NCBI GenBank assembly: GCA_965116905.1
Contig: OZ220732.1
Coordinates: forward strand, 3,168,001-3,232,000
DNA from: Longimicrobiales bacterium
Lineage (GTDB): Bacteria > Gemmatimonadota > Gemmatimonadetes > Longimicrobiales > Gaopeijiaceae
Direction of reading: 5' to 3'
DNA length: 64,000 bases
Positions 29,572-39,488 of this stretch are shown piece by piece. The position numbers and the translations under genes are program-made. Each line of letters starts with the position of its first letter. The first letter of the stretch is position 1. The notes under the pieces were generated by a model, which was not told the origin of the DNA, searched no databases, and saw only the letters and a list, made by a program, of their open reading frames with translations.

Positions 29572-29589
29572 TTGTGAAACTTTTCACGA
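29572..29589. promoter_or_regulatory. Rex-type operator upstream of nuoA
   Basis: TTGTGAA-ACTT-TTCACGA matches the Rex consensus TTGTGAA-N4-TTCACAA at 13 of 14 positions; ~93 nt upstream of nuoA. Confidence 0.75.
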
Positions 29590-29799
29590 ACTCGTGGATC
29601 AAGGCTGAAAGATACGGGGGAAGCCCCGGGGATTCAAGCGGGCGCCGCCCGGAGAAGATCCGGTGAGACCCGGTCCGCCCGGCTTGGCGCCCCGCGCCCC
29701 TCTCTCTATCTTCCCGTCATCCACAACTCCGTCCTGTTCCCGCGACTCCGGCTTCAGCCCCGCGCGGGCCCCGGCACACCACCCGTCAGCAGAAGAGCC

Positions 29800-30354
29800 A
29801 TGCCCGTCAAGAGCGACCGCTGGATACGCAGAATGGCCCTCGAACACCGCATGATCGAGCCCTTCGAGTCCGAACAGGTCAGGAACGGCAGCATTTCCTA
29901 CGGACTCTCGTCCTTCGGCTACGACATCCGCGTCGCCCCCGAATTCAAGGTCTTTACCAACGTCCACAACCTGGTCGTGGACCCGAAGGAATTCGACGAG
30001 CGCTCGTTCGTCGACGTGAAGGGCGAGGACTGCATCATCCCTCCCAACTCCTTCGCGCTGGCGCGCACCGTGGAGCACTTCCGGATCCCGCGCGACGTGC
30101 TCGTGCTGTGCGTGGGCAAGAGCACCTACGCGCGCTGCGGGATCATCGTCAACGTGACGCCGCTGGAGCCCACCTGGGAGGGGTTTCTGACGCTGGAGAT
30201 ATCGAACACGACTCCGCTTCCGGCCCGGATCTACGGTGGCGAGGGGATCGCCCAGCTCGTGTTCTTTCAGGGCGACGAGCCGCCCGAGGTCGCCTACGCG
30301 GACCGCAGCGGCAAGTACCAGGGTCAGGAGGGCGTCACGCTGCCGAAGCTGTAG
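29800..30354 (+). CDS. dcd: dCTP deaminase
   Basis: [38 protein letters not shown]. Confidence 0.95.
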   Translation: MPVKSDRWIRRMALEHRMIEPFESEQVRNGSISYGLSSFGYDIRVAPEFKVFTNVHNLVVDPKEFDERSFVDVKGEDCIIPPNSFALARTVEHFRIPRDVLVLCVGKSTYARCGIIVNVTPLEPTWEGFLTLEISNTTPLPARIYGGEGIAQLVFFQGDEPPEVAYADRSGKYQGQEGVTLPKL

Positions 30355-30426
30355 CGGTTCGGCCGGGTGGAATCGCGGGCGAATGCAGGGGCGGCGAATG
30401 CGGGGCCGGTTTTTGTTCGCGGGCTG

Positions 30427-30984
30427 CTACGGCTCCACCGCCAGCAAGTCGAATTCGTAGACCAGCACCGCGTTGCCCGGCACGCGTCCGTCCGGCGATC
30501 CGACGGCCCCGTAGGTCAGACGGGGCGGGGCCACGAGCTGGCGCGTGCCCCCCACCCGCATCCCGTCGAGGCCCAGATCCCAGGCGGCGATCGTCTGGCC
30601 GCTGCCGACCAGGTAGTACACTTCGCCGTCGAAGGGATGCTCGAATGCGCCGGGCGAGAATTCGTTCGCCGGGTAGATGCCTCGGTCGACCGGCGTCCCG
30701 TCATGCAGCCATCCGCGGTAGTTGAAGCGGACGCCCACCTGCTGGCCGGCCCGTTCGCCGCCGCCGGTGACCAGGTCACGGATGTACAGCCCGGACCCGA
30801 GCAGCGTCATCTGCGCCAGATCGACGCCCAGCTCGGGCGCGAAGACCAGCGACGCGATGTCGGGCGGTTCGGGTTCCACCGGTGCCTCGCCACCGCAGCC
30901 GAAGACGCCGGCGGCCGCGGCCAGGGCGACCGTCCAGCCCCTCAAGGTCCCGGCCGGGAGGCGCGCGAGGGCGTGCGATTGCAT
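30427..30984 (-). CDS. FKBP-type peptidyl-prolyl isomerase, putative lipoprotein
   Basis: Lipobox VFGC; YRGWLHDG, IAAWDLGLDGMRVGGTRQLVAPPRLTYG. Confidence 0.88.
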   Translation of the reverse strand: MQSHALARLPAGTLRGWTVALAAAAGVFGCGGEAPVEPEPPDIASLVFAPELGVDLAQMTLLGSGLYIRDLVTGGGERAGQQVGVRFNYRGWLHDGTPVDRGIYPANEFSPGAFEHPFDGEVYYLVGSGQTIAAWDLGLDGMRVGGTRQLVAPPRLTYGAVGSPDGRVPGNAVLVYEFDLLAVEP

Positions 30985-31123
30985 ATCATATTCACGGAAG
31001 TCGAAGGGACCCTGCACTCCGCCACGGCGGGGCTTGCACCGACGTACACTGCCCAGGCCCCGCGGTCCGGGCAAGTCCCCCTCGGACATGCTGCGGCACT
31101 CCGGGGAAGGAGGTAGCTCGACG

Positions 31124-31933
31124 ATGCCGAAACTGCAACGGACACTGGCGCTCGCGGCGACCGTACTGGTCGCGGTGGCGTGGGCGGCACCGGCGTCGCC
31201 GCCGGACGCCGGGACGGCTCACGCACCCCCCCGGACGGCGAGCGACGAGACCGCCGAGGCGCTGGTCGACGCCTGGATCGACGCGCTCGGGGGCATGGAG
31301 ACGTACTGGAAGCTGCGGAGCGCCTCCTATACCCTCACCACCGAGATCCGGGATCCCGCGAGTGGACGGCTGCAGCGCGCCCGGCCGCGCTATGTGACGA
31401 TTGCGCGCCTCGAGACCGGCCAGGCCGCGCGGATCGAGCGCTGGGAGGGCAACGACTTCATCCAGCACGGCTTCGACGGCGTGCAGCAGTGGGCGGTGAT
31501 GAACGGCGAGACCCTGGGGCCCGGCGACAAGGACTACGACGAGGCGCGCTACGTGTCCGGCGATGTCTTCTACTGGATCGGCCTGCCGTTCAAGCTCAAG
31601 GACCCCGGCGTGTTCCTGCACTACGACGGCACGGACGAGGACGGGCGGCATCTGGTGCGCGTGACGTTCGGGGAGGGCGTGGGCGACCACACCGACACCT
31701 GGTACTACGTCTTCGAGGACGGCCGCGCGATGCCGGTCTCGATCGGCTACCGGGAAGAGGGCCGCCGGAACATCAGCCGCACGTACTGGGAGGACGTCCA
31801 GGAAGTGGACGGCTACGTCTTCACCGGCCGGCGCGTGCACGTCAACGCGGACGGCCGGATTTGGAAGGTGCTGGTGACGTCCGACTTTGTGCTCAATCCG
31901 GAGGTGGATCCGGCCATCTTCAGCCGGCCCTGA
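31124..31933 (+). CDS. Secreted hypothetical protein (DUF6503/LolA-like appearance)
   Basis: RBS AAGGAGGT; signal peptide; YWIGLPFKLKDPGV, VRVTFGEGVG. Confidence 0.65.
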   Translation: MPKLQRTLALAATVLVAVAWAAPASPPDAGTAHAPPRTASDETAEALVDAWIDALGGMETYWKLRSASYTLTTEIRDPASGRLQRARPRYVTIARLETGQAARIERWEGNDFIQHGFDGVQQWAVMNGETLGPGDKDYDEARYVSGDVFYWIGLPFKLKDPGVFLHYDGTDEDGRHLVRVTFGEGVGDHTDTWYYVFEDGRAMPVSIGYREEGRRNISRTYWEDVQEVDGYVFTGRRVHVNADGRIWKVLVTSDFVLNPEVDPAIFSRP

Positions 31934-31988
31934 CCCCGGCTGCCCCGACCGCCCCCGGCTGGGAGGTTGCGGCGCATCCAGTTGCTTC

Positions 31989-32912
31989 CTACAGGTGCGC
32001 CATCGTCCCCCGCACATGGTCCGCGCTCTTCGCGAGCGCGGCGGCCTCGGCATCGCTCAGCGGCACCTCGATCACCTCCTGCAGCCCGCCCTCGCCCAGC
32101 TTGCACGGGACCCCCAGGTAGATCCCGTCGTGCCCGTACTCGCCCTCCAGGTACGCTGCCGCGGGCAGGATCCGGCGCTTGTTCCTGACGACGGCCTCCG
32201 CCATCTGAACCGCCGCCGCCGACGGCGCATAGTAGGCGCTGCCGGTCTTCAGGTAGCCCACGATTTCGGCGCCCCCGTTGCGCGTCCGCTCGATCAGGGC
32301 CTCGAGGCGGTCCCGGGGAATGAGATGCGAAACAGGAATGCCGCTCACGCTCGTGTAGGACACCAGCGGCACCATCGTGTCGCCGTGACCGCCGAGTACC
32401 ATGGCCTGCACGTCCTCGACGCTCACGTCGAGTTCGAGCGCGATGAACGAGCGGAAGCGGGCCGTGTCCAGCACCCCCGCCATGCCCACCACGCGCTCGC
32501 GCGGAAACCCCGTCGCCTCCTTGGCCACATAGGCCATCACGTCGAGCGGATTGGACACGACGATCACAACCGCGTCGGGCGCGACCCGGGCGATCTGCTC
32601 GCCGACCGAGCGCACGATCCCCGCGTTGGTGCGCAGCAGGTCGTCACGGCTCATTCCCGGCTTGCGCGCGATCCCGGCGGTGACGATGAACAGGTCGGAC
32701 CCTTCGGCGGGGCCGTAGTCGTTCGCACCGGTCACGCGCGTGTCGAACCCCTCGACGGGCGCGCTCTCCCACTGGTCGAGCCCCTTGCCCTGCGGGATCC
32801 CTTCGATGATGTCGATCAGGACGACTTCCCGGCACAGTTCCTTCTCGGCGAGACGCTGGGCGCAGACTTCGCCTACGTGACCCGCGCCTACGACGGTGAT
32901 CTTTCCGGCCAT
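31989..32912 (-). CDS. mdh: Malate dehydrogenase (LDH-like)
   Basis: [45 protein letters not shown]. Confidence 0.95.
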   Translation of the reverse strand: MAGKITVVGAGHVGEVCAQRLAEKELCREVVLIDIIEGIPQGKGLDQWESAPVEGFDTRVTGANDYGPAEGSDLFIVTAGIARKPGMSRDDLLRTNAGIVRSVGEQIARVAPDAVVIVVSNPLDVMAYVAKEATGFPRERVVGMAGVLDTARFRSFIALELDVSVEDVQAMVLGGHGDTMVPLVSYTSVSGIPVSHLIPRDRLEALIERTRNGGAEIVGYLKTGSAYYAPSAAAVQMAEAVVRNKRRILPAAAYLEGEYGHDGIYLGVPCKLGEGGLQEVIEVPLSDAEAAALAKSADHVRGTMAHL

Positions 32913-33035
32913 GCTATGGCTTCTCCATGGTTGTTGAGTGTGAAACGGCGTACATCCCGGAGGCGTCCGGGCGTGGGTGGGGGGCGATTCGAACACCCCC
33001 GGCGTCATCGGTGCTGCAACGAGGTCGGATCCGCT

Positions 33036-34070
33036 TCATCCGCCCGTCTGCGAAAGGGCGATGAGCCCTCCGGAACCTTCGGACGACCCCTGCACCAGCA
33101 GGTGCTTCTCGGGCTTGATCCGGAGCGTCTCATCGATCAGGGGCTCCAGCGCCTCGCCCCGCCTCAGCGCGTCGCGCAGCGGGGTCTGGATCGTGCCGAA
33201 CAGGCAGGGACGAAGCTGGCCGTCCGCTGTCAGGCGCATCCGGTTGCACCGGTCACAGAAGTTGTGGCTCATGGGCGTAATGACGCCGATGGTCCCCTGC
33301 GCCCCGGGGAAGCTGAAATACGTGGCGGGGCCGTTGCCCGGCGGACCCTGGACCGGCTCCAGGGCGTCCACCTCGCGCACGCGGGCCAGCGCTTCGTCAC
33401 AAGACAGGAAACCGGCGGCACTCAGCTCCAGGTTGGACTCGGTCGGCATGACTTCGATGAATCGGACGTGAAGCGGGCGAGTGCGCGACAACTCGGCGAA
33501 GTCGGCCACCTCGTCGTCGTTCTCGCCGCGCATGAGCACGACGTTGATCTTGATCGGGTCGAACCCCACGGCGTGCGCCGCGTCGAGTCCCTCCAGCACG
33601 CGGGCGAGGGTTCCGGGGCGGCGCGCGATGGCGTCCGCCCGCTCCGGGCGGAGGGAGTCCAGCGAGATGTTCACGCGGCTCACCCCCGCGTCCCGGAGAC
33701 GCCTGGCGACGGGAGCGAGAAGCACGGCGTTGGTCGAAAGGGCGATGTCCTCGATCCCGGGAACCGCGGCGAGAAGGTCGACGAGGCGCGGCAGGTCCTT
33801 CCGGACCAGCGGCTCGCCACCGGTCAGGCGGAGTCTCCTGAGACCCATGCGCGCCATCACCCGAACCACCTGGGTGATCTCCTCGTACGTCAGGATCTCG
33901 GCGCGGCGAAGCCAGGGAAGACCCTCCTCCGGCATGCAATAGACGCACCGCAGGTTGCATTTGTCCGTGACGGAAATGCGCAGGTATTCGACACGGCGTC
34001 CGAAGCCGTCCACCATGGCCCGGGCCTCCTGGCCCGAGGCAGCCCTGTGCGACCGCACGCTGTAGTTCAC
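33036..34070 (-). CDS. moaA: GTP 3',8-cyclase (radical SAM)
   Basis: YLRISVTDKCNLRCVYCMP, TGGEP, FCDRCNRMR..PCL, C-terminal GG; start 34070 or 34016. Confidence 0.95.
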   Translation of the reverse strand: MNYSVRSHRAASGQEARAMVDGFGRRVEYLRISVTDKCNLRCVYCMPEEGLPWLRRAEILTYEEITQVVRVMARMGLRRLRLTGGEPLVRKDLPRLVDLLAAVPGIEDIALSTNAVLLAPVARRLRDAGVSRVNISLDSLRPERADAIARRPGTLARVLEGLDAAHAVGFDPIKINVVLMRGENDDEVADFAELSRTRPLHVRFIEVMPTESNLELSAAGFLSCDEALARVREVDALEPVQGPPGNGPATYFSFPGAQGTIGVITPMSHNFCDRCNRMRLTADGQLRPCLFGTIQTPLRDALRRGEALEPLIDETLRIKPEKHLLVQGSSEGSGGLIALSQTGG

Positions 34071-34513
34071 GGTGTGCCCTCGATCCCTGTCACCGGAAGA
34101 TGCCCCTCCAGCCACGCTTCCTCCCCATCTAGATAGCGTTCCCGCTTCCATATGGGAAGACGCTTCTTGATTTCCTCGATCACATAGCGCGCCGCGCGGA
34201 ACGCCTCCGCCCGGTGGGGAGAGGAAACCGCGATGGCCACGCTGACCTCCCCGATCGCCAGCTCTCCCAAACGGTGCACCACCGCCACGCGGTCGCTGCC
34301 CGCCTGTTCCGCGGCCTCCGCCGCGATGGCCGCCAACTGGTCCCGGGCCATGTCCCGGTAGCCCTCGTACTCCATGCCGCCGACCGGGCGACCGTCGTTC
34401 GCATTGCGCACCGTGCCCACGAAGAGCGCCGCCGCGCCATCCTGGGGACTGCCCACCCGTTTCAGTACCTCGGCGGGATCGATTGCGGCGGTCGTCACGT
34501 CGCTCCAGATCAC
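34067..34513 (-). CDS. moaE: Molybdopterin synthase large subunit
   Basis: FVGTVRN, HRLGEL, SPHR, PIWKRE. Confidence 0.93.
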   Translation of the reverse strand: MIWSDVTTAAIDPAEVLKRVGSPQDGAAALFVGTVRNANDGRPVGGMEYEGYRDMARDQLAAIAAEAAEQAGSDRVAVVHRLGELAIGEVSVAIAVSSPHRAEAFRAARYVIEEIKKRLPIWKRERYLDGEEAWLEGHLPVTGIEGTP

Positions 34514-34529
34514 CGCTCTGCTCCCCGGG

Positions 34530-34775
34530 CTAGCCGCCGGCGACCGGAGGAATCAGCGCCACCTCGTCCCCGTCCGCAAGCATCGTGTCGCCACCGGCGT
34601 ACTTTCGGTTCACCGCCACCGCGGGCCGCGAGGGCAGACGCGCCCAGCCGCCTCCACGCGCCTTCAACTCCGACAGCAGCGCCGCGACGGTCGCGCCTTC
34701 CGGCAAGACCGCGACCGTGTCCGCCCGACCGACCAGCTCGCGGTGAGCCGCGAACAACAGAACCGTCACCTTCAT
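34530..34775 (-). CDS. moaD: Molybdopterin synthase sulfur carrier
   Basis: MKVTVLLFA..AVN..DGDEVALIPPVAGG. Confidence 0.93.
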   Translation of the reverse strand: MKVTVLLFAAHRELVGRADTVAVLPEGATVAALLSELKARGGGWARLPSRPAVAVNRKYAGGDTMLADGDEVALIPPVAGG

Positions 34776-34839
34776 CGCAATGCGCCGGCGGGTGGCGCTT
34801 CCCGGCGTCCGGTCCGACAGCCGGGAGGGCGCTCGCTGG

Positions 34840-35145
34840 CTATCCGGACCCATCTCCCGCGTCCAACCGGGCGACCTGAGCACGGAAGTGCTTGGAGGGC
34901 TTGAAGACCGGCGATGTCCGTGCCGGCACCCTGACGGGTTCGCCCGTCCTCGGGTTGCGGGCCATGCGGGCCTTGCGCTTGCGCACCTTGAACGTGCCGA
35001 AACCACGGATTTCGATACCGTTGCCCTGGGCGAGCGCCTGTTTCACGGCGTTGAGGAATCCGTCAACCACCAGCGCGCAGTCCTTCCTGGTAATGCCCGG
35101 ACCTATCGCATCCGCCACCTGCTCTACGAGATCGGCTTTGGTCAT
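34840..35145 (-). CDS. HU/IHF family DNA-binding protein
   Basis: MTKADLV, IEIRGFGTF, ARNPRTGE, FKPS. Confidence 0.93.
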   Translation of the reverse strand: MTKADLVEQVADAIGPGITRKDCALVVDGFLNAVKQALAQGNGIEIRGFGTFKVRKRKARMARNPRTGEPVRVPARTSPVFKPSKHFRAQVARLDAGDGSG

Positions 35146-35241
35146 TGGATTCTCCTCTGGAGCCGCTCGACGAGACGTCCGGAGCCGCTTCGTGTCTACC
35201 ACATGAAACGGTTGGTAAGTAACCGACCGGAGGCCGAAACG

Positions 35242-36423
35242 TCAAGAGTTCTGTTCTGGTTTCGGGGATCTGGCGCCCCGGCTTCGGCGCGCGTACATCA
35301 TGGATACGAAGTCGTCGAAGAGGTAGCTGCTGTCATGCGGACCCGGTGCGGCCTCCGGATGGTACTGGACCGCGATCACCGGGAGGGTCGAATGCGCGAT
35401 ACCCGCCACCGTGTTGTCGTAGAGGTTCCAGTGCGTGACCCGGAGGGACGGGGCGCCGGGCACCGCGTCCCCTTCCCCACCTGTCACCGCGAAACCGTGG
35501 TTCTGCGACGTGATCTCGACGGTGCCCCGGTCACGGTTCATGACAGGGTGGTTCGCGCCGTGGTGCCCGAAGGGCAGCTTGAACGTGTCTCCCCCGAAAG
35601 CGCGGGCGATGAGCTGGTGCCCGAGACAGATCCCGAAGACCGGTATGTCCCGCCGGGCGACTTGGACGATGGTTTCGGCCGCGCGCTGCACGGCGGCCGG
35701 ATCGCCCGGTCCGTTGGAGACAAAGAGGCCGTCCGGTTCGAGCGCGAGGACGTCGCGGGTCCCCGAACCGGCGGGCAGCACCGTGACCCGGCACCCCCGC
35801 TCGGCGAGCAGGCGCGGGGAACTCGCCTTTACCCCGAAGTCGAATGCGGCTACGTGGCAGGTTTCGCGCCCGGCCGCCGGCACGACGTACGACCGTTCCG
35901 TCGAGACGCCGCACGCCAGATCGAGTCCCTCCATCCTGGGGTGGGCGAGGATTCGTTCCAGGAAGCCCTCGTCAGGGACCTCGCCGGAAGCAATCCCGCC
36001 GCGCATGGCTCCCTCGCTGCGGATATGGCGTGTCAGCGCCCGCGTGTCGATATCGCGGATTCCCACGATGCCGTGGCTGCGCAGGTAGTGCTCGAGGGTG
36101 TTGCGGCTGCGCCAGGAGCTGGGCGCCCGTGCCGCTTCCCGGACGATGAAGCCGGCTACCTGCGGACGGGTGGACTCCACGTCCTGGTCGTTGGTCCCGT
36201 AGTTGCCGATGAGCGGGTAGGTCATGGTGACCAGCTGACCCGCGTAGGACGGGTCGGTGAGGACTTCCTGATAGCCGGTCATGGAGGTATTGAAGACCAC
36301 CTCGCCGATCGCGCTGCCCCGGGCACCGAGTGAAAGGCCGCCGAATCGGCGTCCGTCCTCGAGCAGGAGGCAGGCGGGCCGCAGCGGGCCGTGGTCGCGT
36401 GAGGACGTGGTTGGCGCAGACAT
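35242..36423 (-). CDS. carA: Carbamoyl-phosphate synthase small subunit
   Basis: GEVVFNTSMTGYQE, SNGPGDP, GICLGHQ, QYHPEA. Confidence 0.95.
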   Translation of the reverse strand: MSAPTTSSRDHGPLRPACLLLEDGRRFGGLSLGARGSAIGEVVFNTSMTGYQEVLTDPSYAGQLVTMTYPLIGNYGTNDQDVESTRPQVAGFIVREAARAPSSWRSRNTLEHYLRSHGIVGIRDIDTRALTRHIRSEGAMRGGIASGEVPDEGFLERILAHPRMEGLDLACGVSTERSYVVPAAGRETCHVAAFDFGVKASSPRLLAERGCRVTVLPAGSGTRDVLALEPDGLFVSNGPGDPAAVQRAAETIVQVARRDIPVFGICLGHQLIARAFGGDTFKLPFGHHGANHPVMNRDRGTVEITSQNHGFAVTGGEGDAVPGAPSLRVTHWNLYDNTVAGIAHSTLPVIAVQYHPEAAPGPHDSSYLFDDFVSMMYARRSRGARSPKPEQNS

Positions 36424-36519
36424 TGCGTGAATCTAGCAGTCCGCGCGACGAGAGGGGAACAGCAGCGCCCTTCGCGCGGCGAGCGACGCCGAACGAAGCG
36501 GGCTGGTATCTTCCATGAC

Positions 36520-37089
36520 ATGGAGCAAGTGTTCATCCACGCCGACGAGTCCTGCCTCGGCAACCAGTTCAGGGACCGGGAGCGCCCGGGTGGCGCCGCC
36601 GCGCTCCTGGAGCACTGGAACGGAAGGGAGTGGCGGCGGCGCGACCTGTGGACCTCCGACCCGTCCACGACCAACAACCGCATGGCGGTCGTGAGCGCCA
36701 TCCTTGCGCTGGGGGCGCTGAAGGGACGCTGCGTGGTCAGCTTCGCATCGGACTCGCAGTACCTGGTCAAGGGCGCTTCCGAGTGGATGCCGGGTTGGAA
36801 GAAGCGGGGTTGGAAGCGAAAAGGGGGGCCGATCGAGAACCTGGACCTGTGGCGCCGGCTGGACGGTCTCACCACGAGGCACGACATCCGCTGGGAGTGG
36901 GTCAGGGGACACGCCGGGGATCCGCGGAACGAGTACGTCGACGATTTGGCCCGGCGCGCGGCCCGGGAGCTGTCCACGGCCCCGGAGCCCGTGCCGTCCG
37001 GGTTCGAGGACTGGCTGCAGCGGGAGCGGGAGGACAAGGACCGGTATCTGGACTACTTCGAGTTCGCACCCCCGGCGGGGGGCTCCTAG
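36520..37089 (+). CDS. rnhA: Ribonuclease HI (atypical active site)
   Basis: ADESCLGN, TTNNRM, DSQYL, WKKRGW, NLDLW, WVRGHAG..NE..D. Confidence 0.88.
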   Translation: MEQVFIHADESCLGNQFRDRERPGGAAALLEHWNGREWRRRDLWTSDPSTTNNRMAVVSAILALGALKGRCVVSFASDSQYLVKGASEWMPGWKKRGWKRKGGPIENLDLWRRLDGLTTRHDIRWEWVRGHAGDPRNEYVDDLARRAARELSTAPEPVPSGFEDWLQREREDKDRYLDYFEFAPPAGGS

Positions 37090-37853
37090 CGTTTCGCGCC
37101 CCCGGCCCGGAGATCCTGGCGCACGCCCGGGTCCTCCACGGCGCCGTATCCGAATTCGCGCGCCATCGCAGCCACGACCGCCGGGGCGCATTCTTCGGCG
37201 CTGACGGGGCGGCCCAGCAACCGGCTGATGCTCGTGACCTCCCGACCATGCAGGCCGCACGGGACGATGGCATCGAAGTAGGAGAGGTCCGGGTCCGCAT
37301 TGAGGGCGAACCCGTGCGAGGTGATCCACCCCGAGGAGACGCGGATTCCGATCGCCGCGACCTTTGCTCCGCCCACCCAGACACCGGTCCCCGCCGGGTC
37401 CCGCTGTCCCTCGAGTCCCAGCGTTCGCAGCGCCGCGACGAGCGCGCCCTCGAGGCTCCTGAGATACGCGTGGAGGTCCTGTCGGTCGGGTTTGAGGTCC
37501 AGGATCGGGTATCCCACAAGCTGCCCGGGTCCGTGGTAGGTGACGTCCCCGCCCCGTCCCGCCTCGTACACGCCGATCCGCCTGGCTCGGAGTTCGTCGG
37601 AAGAAAGGAGCAGGTGCTCCGTGCTGCTTCCGGACCCGAACGTGACCACGTGCGGGTGCTCCAGGAGGAGGAGCGTGTCGGGGATGTCCCCCGCCCTGCG
37701 CCCCCGAACGAGTTCGGCCTGGAGTGCGAGCGCTTCGGGGTATCCGATGCAGCCGGGATACCGCACCGAAAGTGTGCGGTCCTGCCACCCGGCCCTTTCG
37801 GCCGGCCTGTCGGCTGCCGCCGGCCTGTCGGCTGCCGGACCGTTCGCCATCAT
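37086..37853 (-). CDS. lipB: Octanoyltransferase
   Basis: LLEHPHVVT, RGGDVTYHGPGQLVGYP, KVAAIG, HGFALN, PCG; start uncertain. Confidence 0.93.
   Translation of the reverse strand: MMANGPAADRPAAADRPAERAGWQDRTLSVRYPGCIGYPEALALQAELVRGRRAGDIPDTLLLLEHPHVVTFGSGSSTEHLLLSSDELRARRIGVYEAGRGGDVTYHGPGQLVGYPILDLKPDRQDLHAYLRSLEGALVAALRTLGLEGQRDPAGTGVWVGGAKVAAIGIRVSSGWITSHGFALNADPDLSYFDAIVPCGLHGREVTSISRLLGRPVSAEECAPAVVAAMAREFGYGAVEDPGVRQDLRAGGAKR
37801..37836. repeat. 18-bp perfect tandem duplication in the lipB N-terminus
   Basis: GCCGGCCTGTCGGCTGCC x2, in frame. Confidence 0.85.
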
Positions 37854-37897
37854 CGATTCCCGCCGGCGGGCCACCCGGCAACCCGCTCGCGGGCCGC

Positions 37898-39394
37898 TCA
37901 GGCGTCCTCGGGGAAGTCCTCCAGCAGATCCTTGAGGCGCGAGAGGAACCGCGCCGTGTCGGCTCCGTCAACCAGCCTGTGATCGTAGCCCAGGGAGAAG
38001 AACGACCGCTTGCGGATCGCCATGTAGTCATCTCCGGTGTCCGGGTCCGACACCACCACGACCCGCTTGTCGATCGACCCGGTACCCAGGATCGCCGACG
38101 TGCCCTTGGGTATGATCGGCATGCCGACCATCGTTCCGAGCACCCCCGGGTTGGTGATCGTGAAGGTGGCCCCCTGGATCTCGCCCGGCGACAGTTGTCG
38201 TGACTTGGCCCGCGTGGCCAGGTCGATGATCTTCCTGGCGGTGCCGACAAGGCTGAGGTCGTCCGCGTTGTGGATCACGGGCACGATCAATCCGGGATTC
38301 AGGTCCACGGCCATCCCCAGGTTCACGGACCCGCGGTAGATGACGTTGTTGCCCGAGATGACGCCATTGACCGAAGGGAAGTCGCGGAGAATCCGGGAGC
38401 ACGCCCAGGCTACGAATGCGGTATAGGAAACGCGGGCGCCGCGCTCCGCCCACCGGGCCTTGTTCTGCCTTCGCATCCGGTCCACGGCCGTAAAGTCGAT
38501 CTCGACGATGGAGTGGACGTGCGTGTGGATCCGCTTCGAGAGGACCATGTGCTCCGCGGTCAGGCGGCGGACCTTGTCCATGGTTTCGACGCGGTCGCCG
38601 TCACGCACGGGGAACGCGGGGTGCTCGACCTCGCGCGTGTACCGGTCCCAGAGGTCGTCGGAGACGGGCGCCGCGGGAACGCTCGGCGGGCGAGGCTCCG
38701 GATCGGGTGGGCGCACCGGGGCGGCGGCCGGCTCGGCGGCCGGTGCGGCTGCCGCAACGCCGGGCTCGGCACCGACTTCTTCCGCCGGCGCCTCTTCGGC
38801 CCCGCGGGTCTCGATGAACGTCAGAATGTCCTGCTTGGTGACGCGTCCCTGGTGACCCGTTCCCGGAACACGGGAAATGTCCACACCGGCTTCCGCCGCG
38901 ATCCGACGCACGACCGGGGTCGAACGGGTGCGAAGACGCTCGGCGCTGGTGGCGGTACAGGCCGCCTCCTCTTCTTCGGCAGGCGGTGGAGCGGGAGCCG
39001 CCGGGGGGGCGGGAGCCGCCGGGGCAGCGGGCTGGGAGGGCGTCGCGACCGGTTCCGTCTCCGGGGCAGCGGTCGCCGGGGGCGCGGCAGTCGCAGGGGC
39101 GGCGGCGGGCGCGGCAGTCGCGGCGGGGGCGGCAGTCGCGGCGGGGGCACCGCCATCCGGATCGATATAGGCGACGATGGTTCCCACTTCCACGGTCTCG
39201 CCCTCGCCGACCACGATCTCGACCAGAGACCCCGCCGAGGGTGCCGGGATTTCGGCATCCACCTTGTCGGTCGAGATCTCCAGGATCGGCTCGTCGCGCT
39301 CCACCGGCTCGCCGACCGCCTTCAACCACCTGGAAACGGTGCCCTCGGCGATGGATTCGCCCATTTGGGGCATGGGGACTTCAATTCGGGACAC
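37898..39394 (-). CDS. 2-oxoacid dehydrogenase E2 (dihydrolipoamide acyltransferase)
   Basis: Lipoyl domain MPQMGESI..STDKV, Ala/Pro linker, E3-binding GTGHQGRVTKQD, catalytic DHRLVDG; GGAG before GTG. Confidence 0.93.
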   Translation of the reverse strand: MSRIEVPMPQMGESIAEGTVSRWLKAVGEPVERDEPILEISTDKVDAEIPAPSAGSLVEIVVGEGETVEVGTIVAYIDPDGGAPAATAAPAATAAPAAAPATAAPPATAAPETEPVATPSQPAAPAAPAPPAAPAPPPAEEEEAACTATSAERLRTRSTPVVRRIAAEAGVDISRVPGTGHQGRVTKQDILTFIETRGAEEAPAEEVGAEPGVAAAAPAAEPAAAPVRPPDPEPRPPSVPAAPVSDDLWDRYTREVEHPAFPVRDGDRVETMDKVRRLTAEHMVLSKRIHTHVHSIVEIDFTAVDRMRRQNKARWAERGARVSYTAFVAWACSRILRDFPSVNGVISGNNVIYRGSVNLGMAVDLNPGLIVPVIHNADDLSLVGTARKIIDLATRAKSRQLSPGEIQGATFTITNPGVLGTMVGMPIIPKGTSAILGTGSIDKRVVVVSDPDTGDDYMAIRKRSFFSLGYDHRLVDGADTARFLSRLKDLLEDFPEDA

Positions 39395-39488
39395 GGGCGC
39401 TACTCCATGGGCTTGTTCGGAAAGCCGGCTCCCGGCGGCCTTGCGCAACGGGCCGACCGGCTCCCGGCGTTCAAGTCTTGTCGCGAGG

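Noticed and set aside
30377..30406. Short direct repeat GGCGAATGC(A/G)GGG between dcd and the FKBP gene
   Set aside because: Two copies only and no spacer structure; not a CRISPR array or recognisable element.
32938..32955. Second Rex-like site upstream of mdh (GTGTGAAACGGCGTACAT)
   Set aside because: Only one half-site matches well.
32977..33002. tRNA T-arm-like hairpin (GGGGGTG-TTCGAAT-CGCCCCC, minus strand) between moaA and mdh
   Set aside because: No matching acceptor stem, D-arm or anticodon arm, and too little room after the moaA stop. Not a tRNA.
35242..36423. carA without adjacent carB, and no E3 gene in the dehydrogenase cluster
   Set aside because: Split locations are common and cannot be judged from one window.
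39060..39150. Repeats in the E2 gene (APAATA units)
   Set aside because: Ordinary Ala/Pro flexible linker of E2 subunits.
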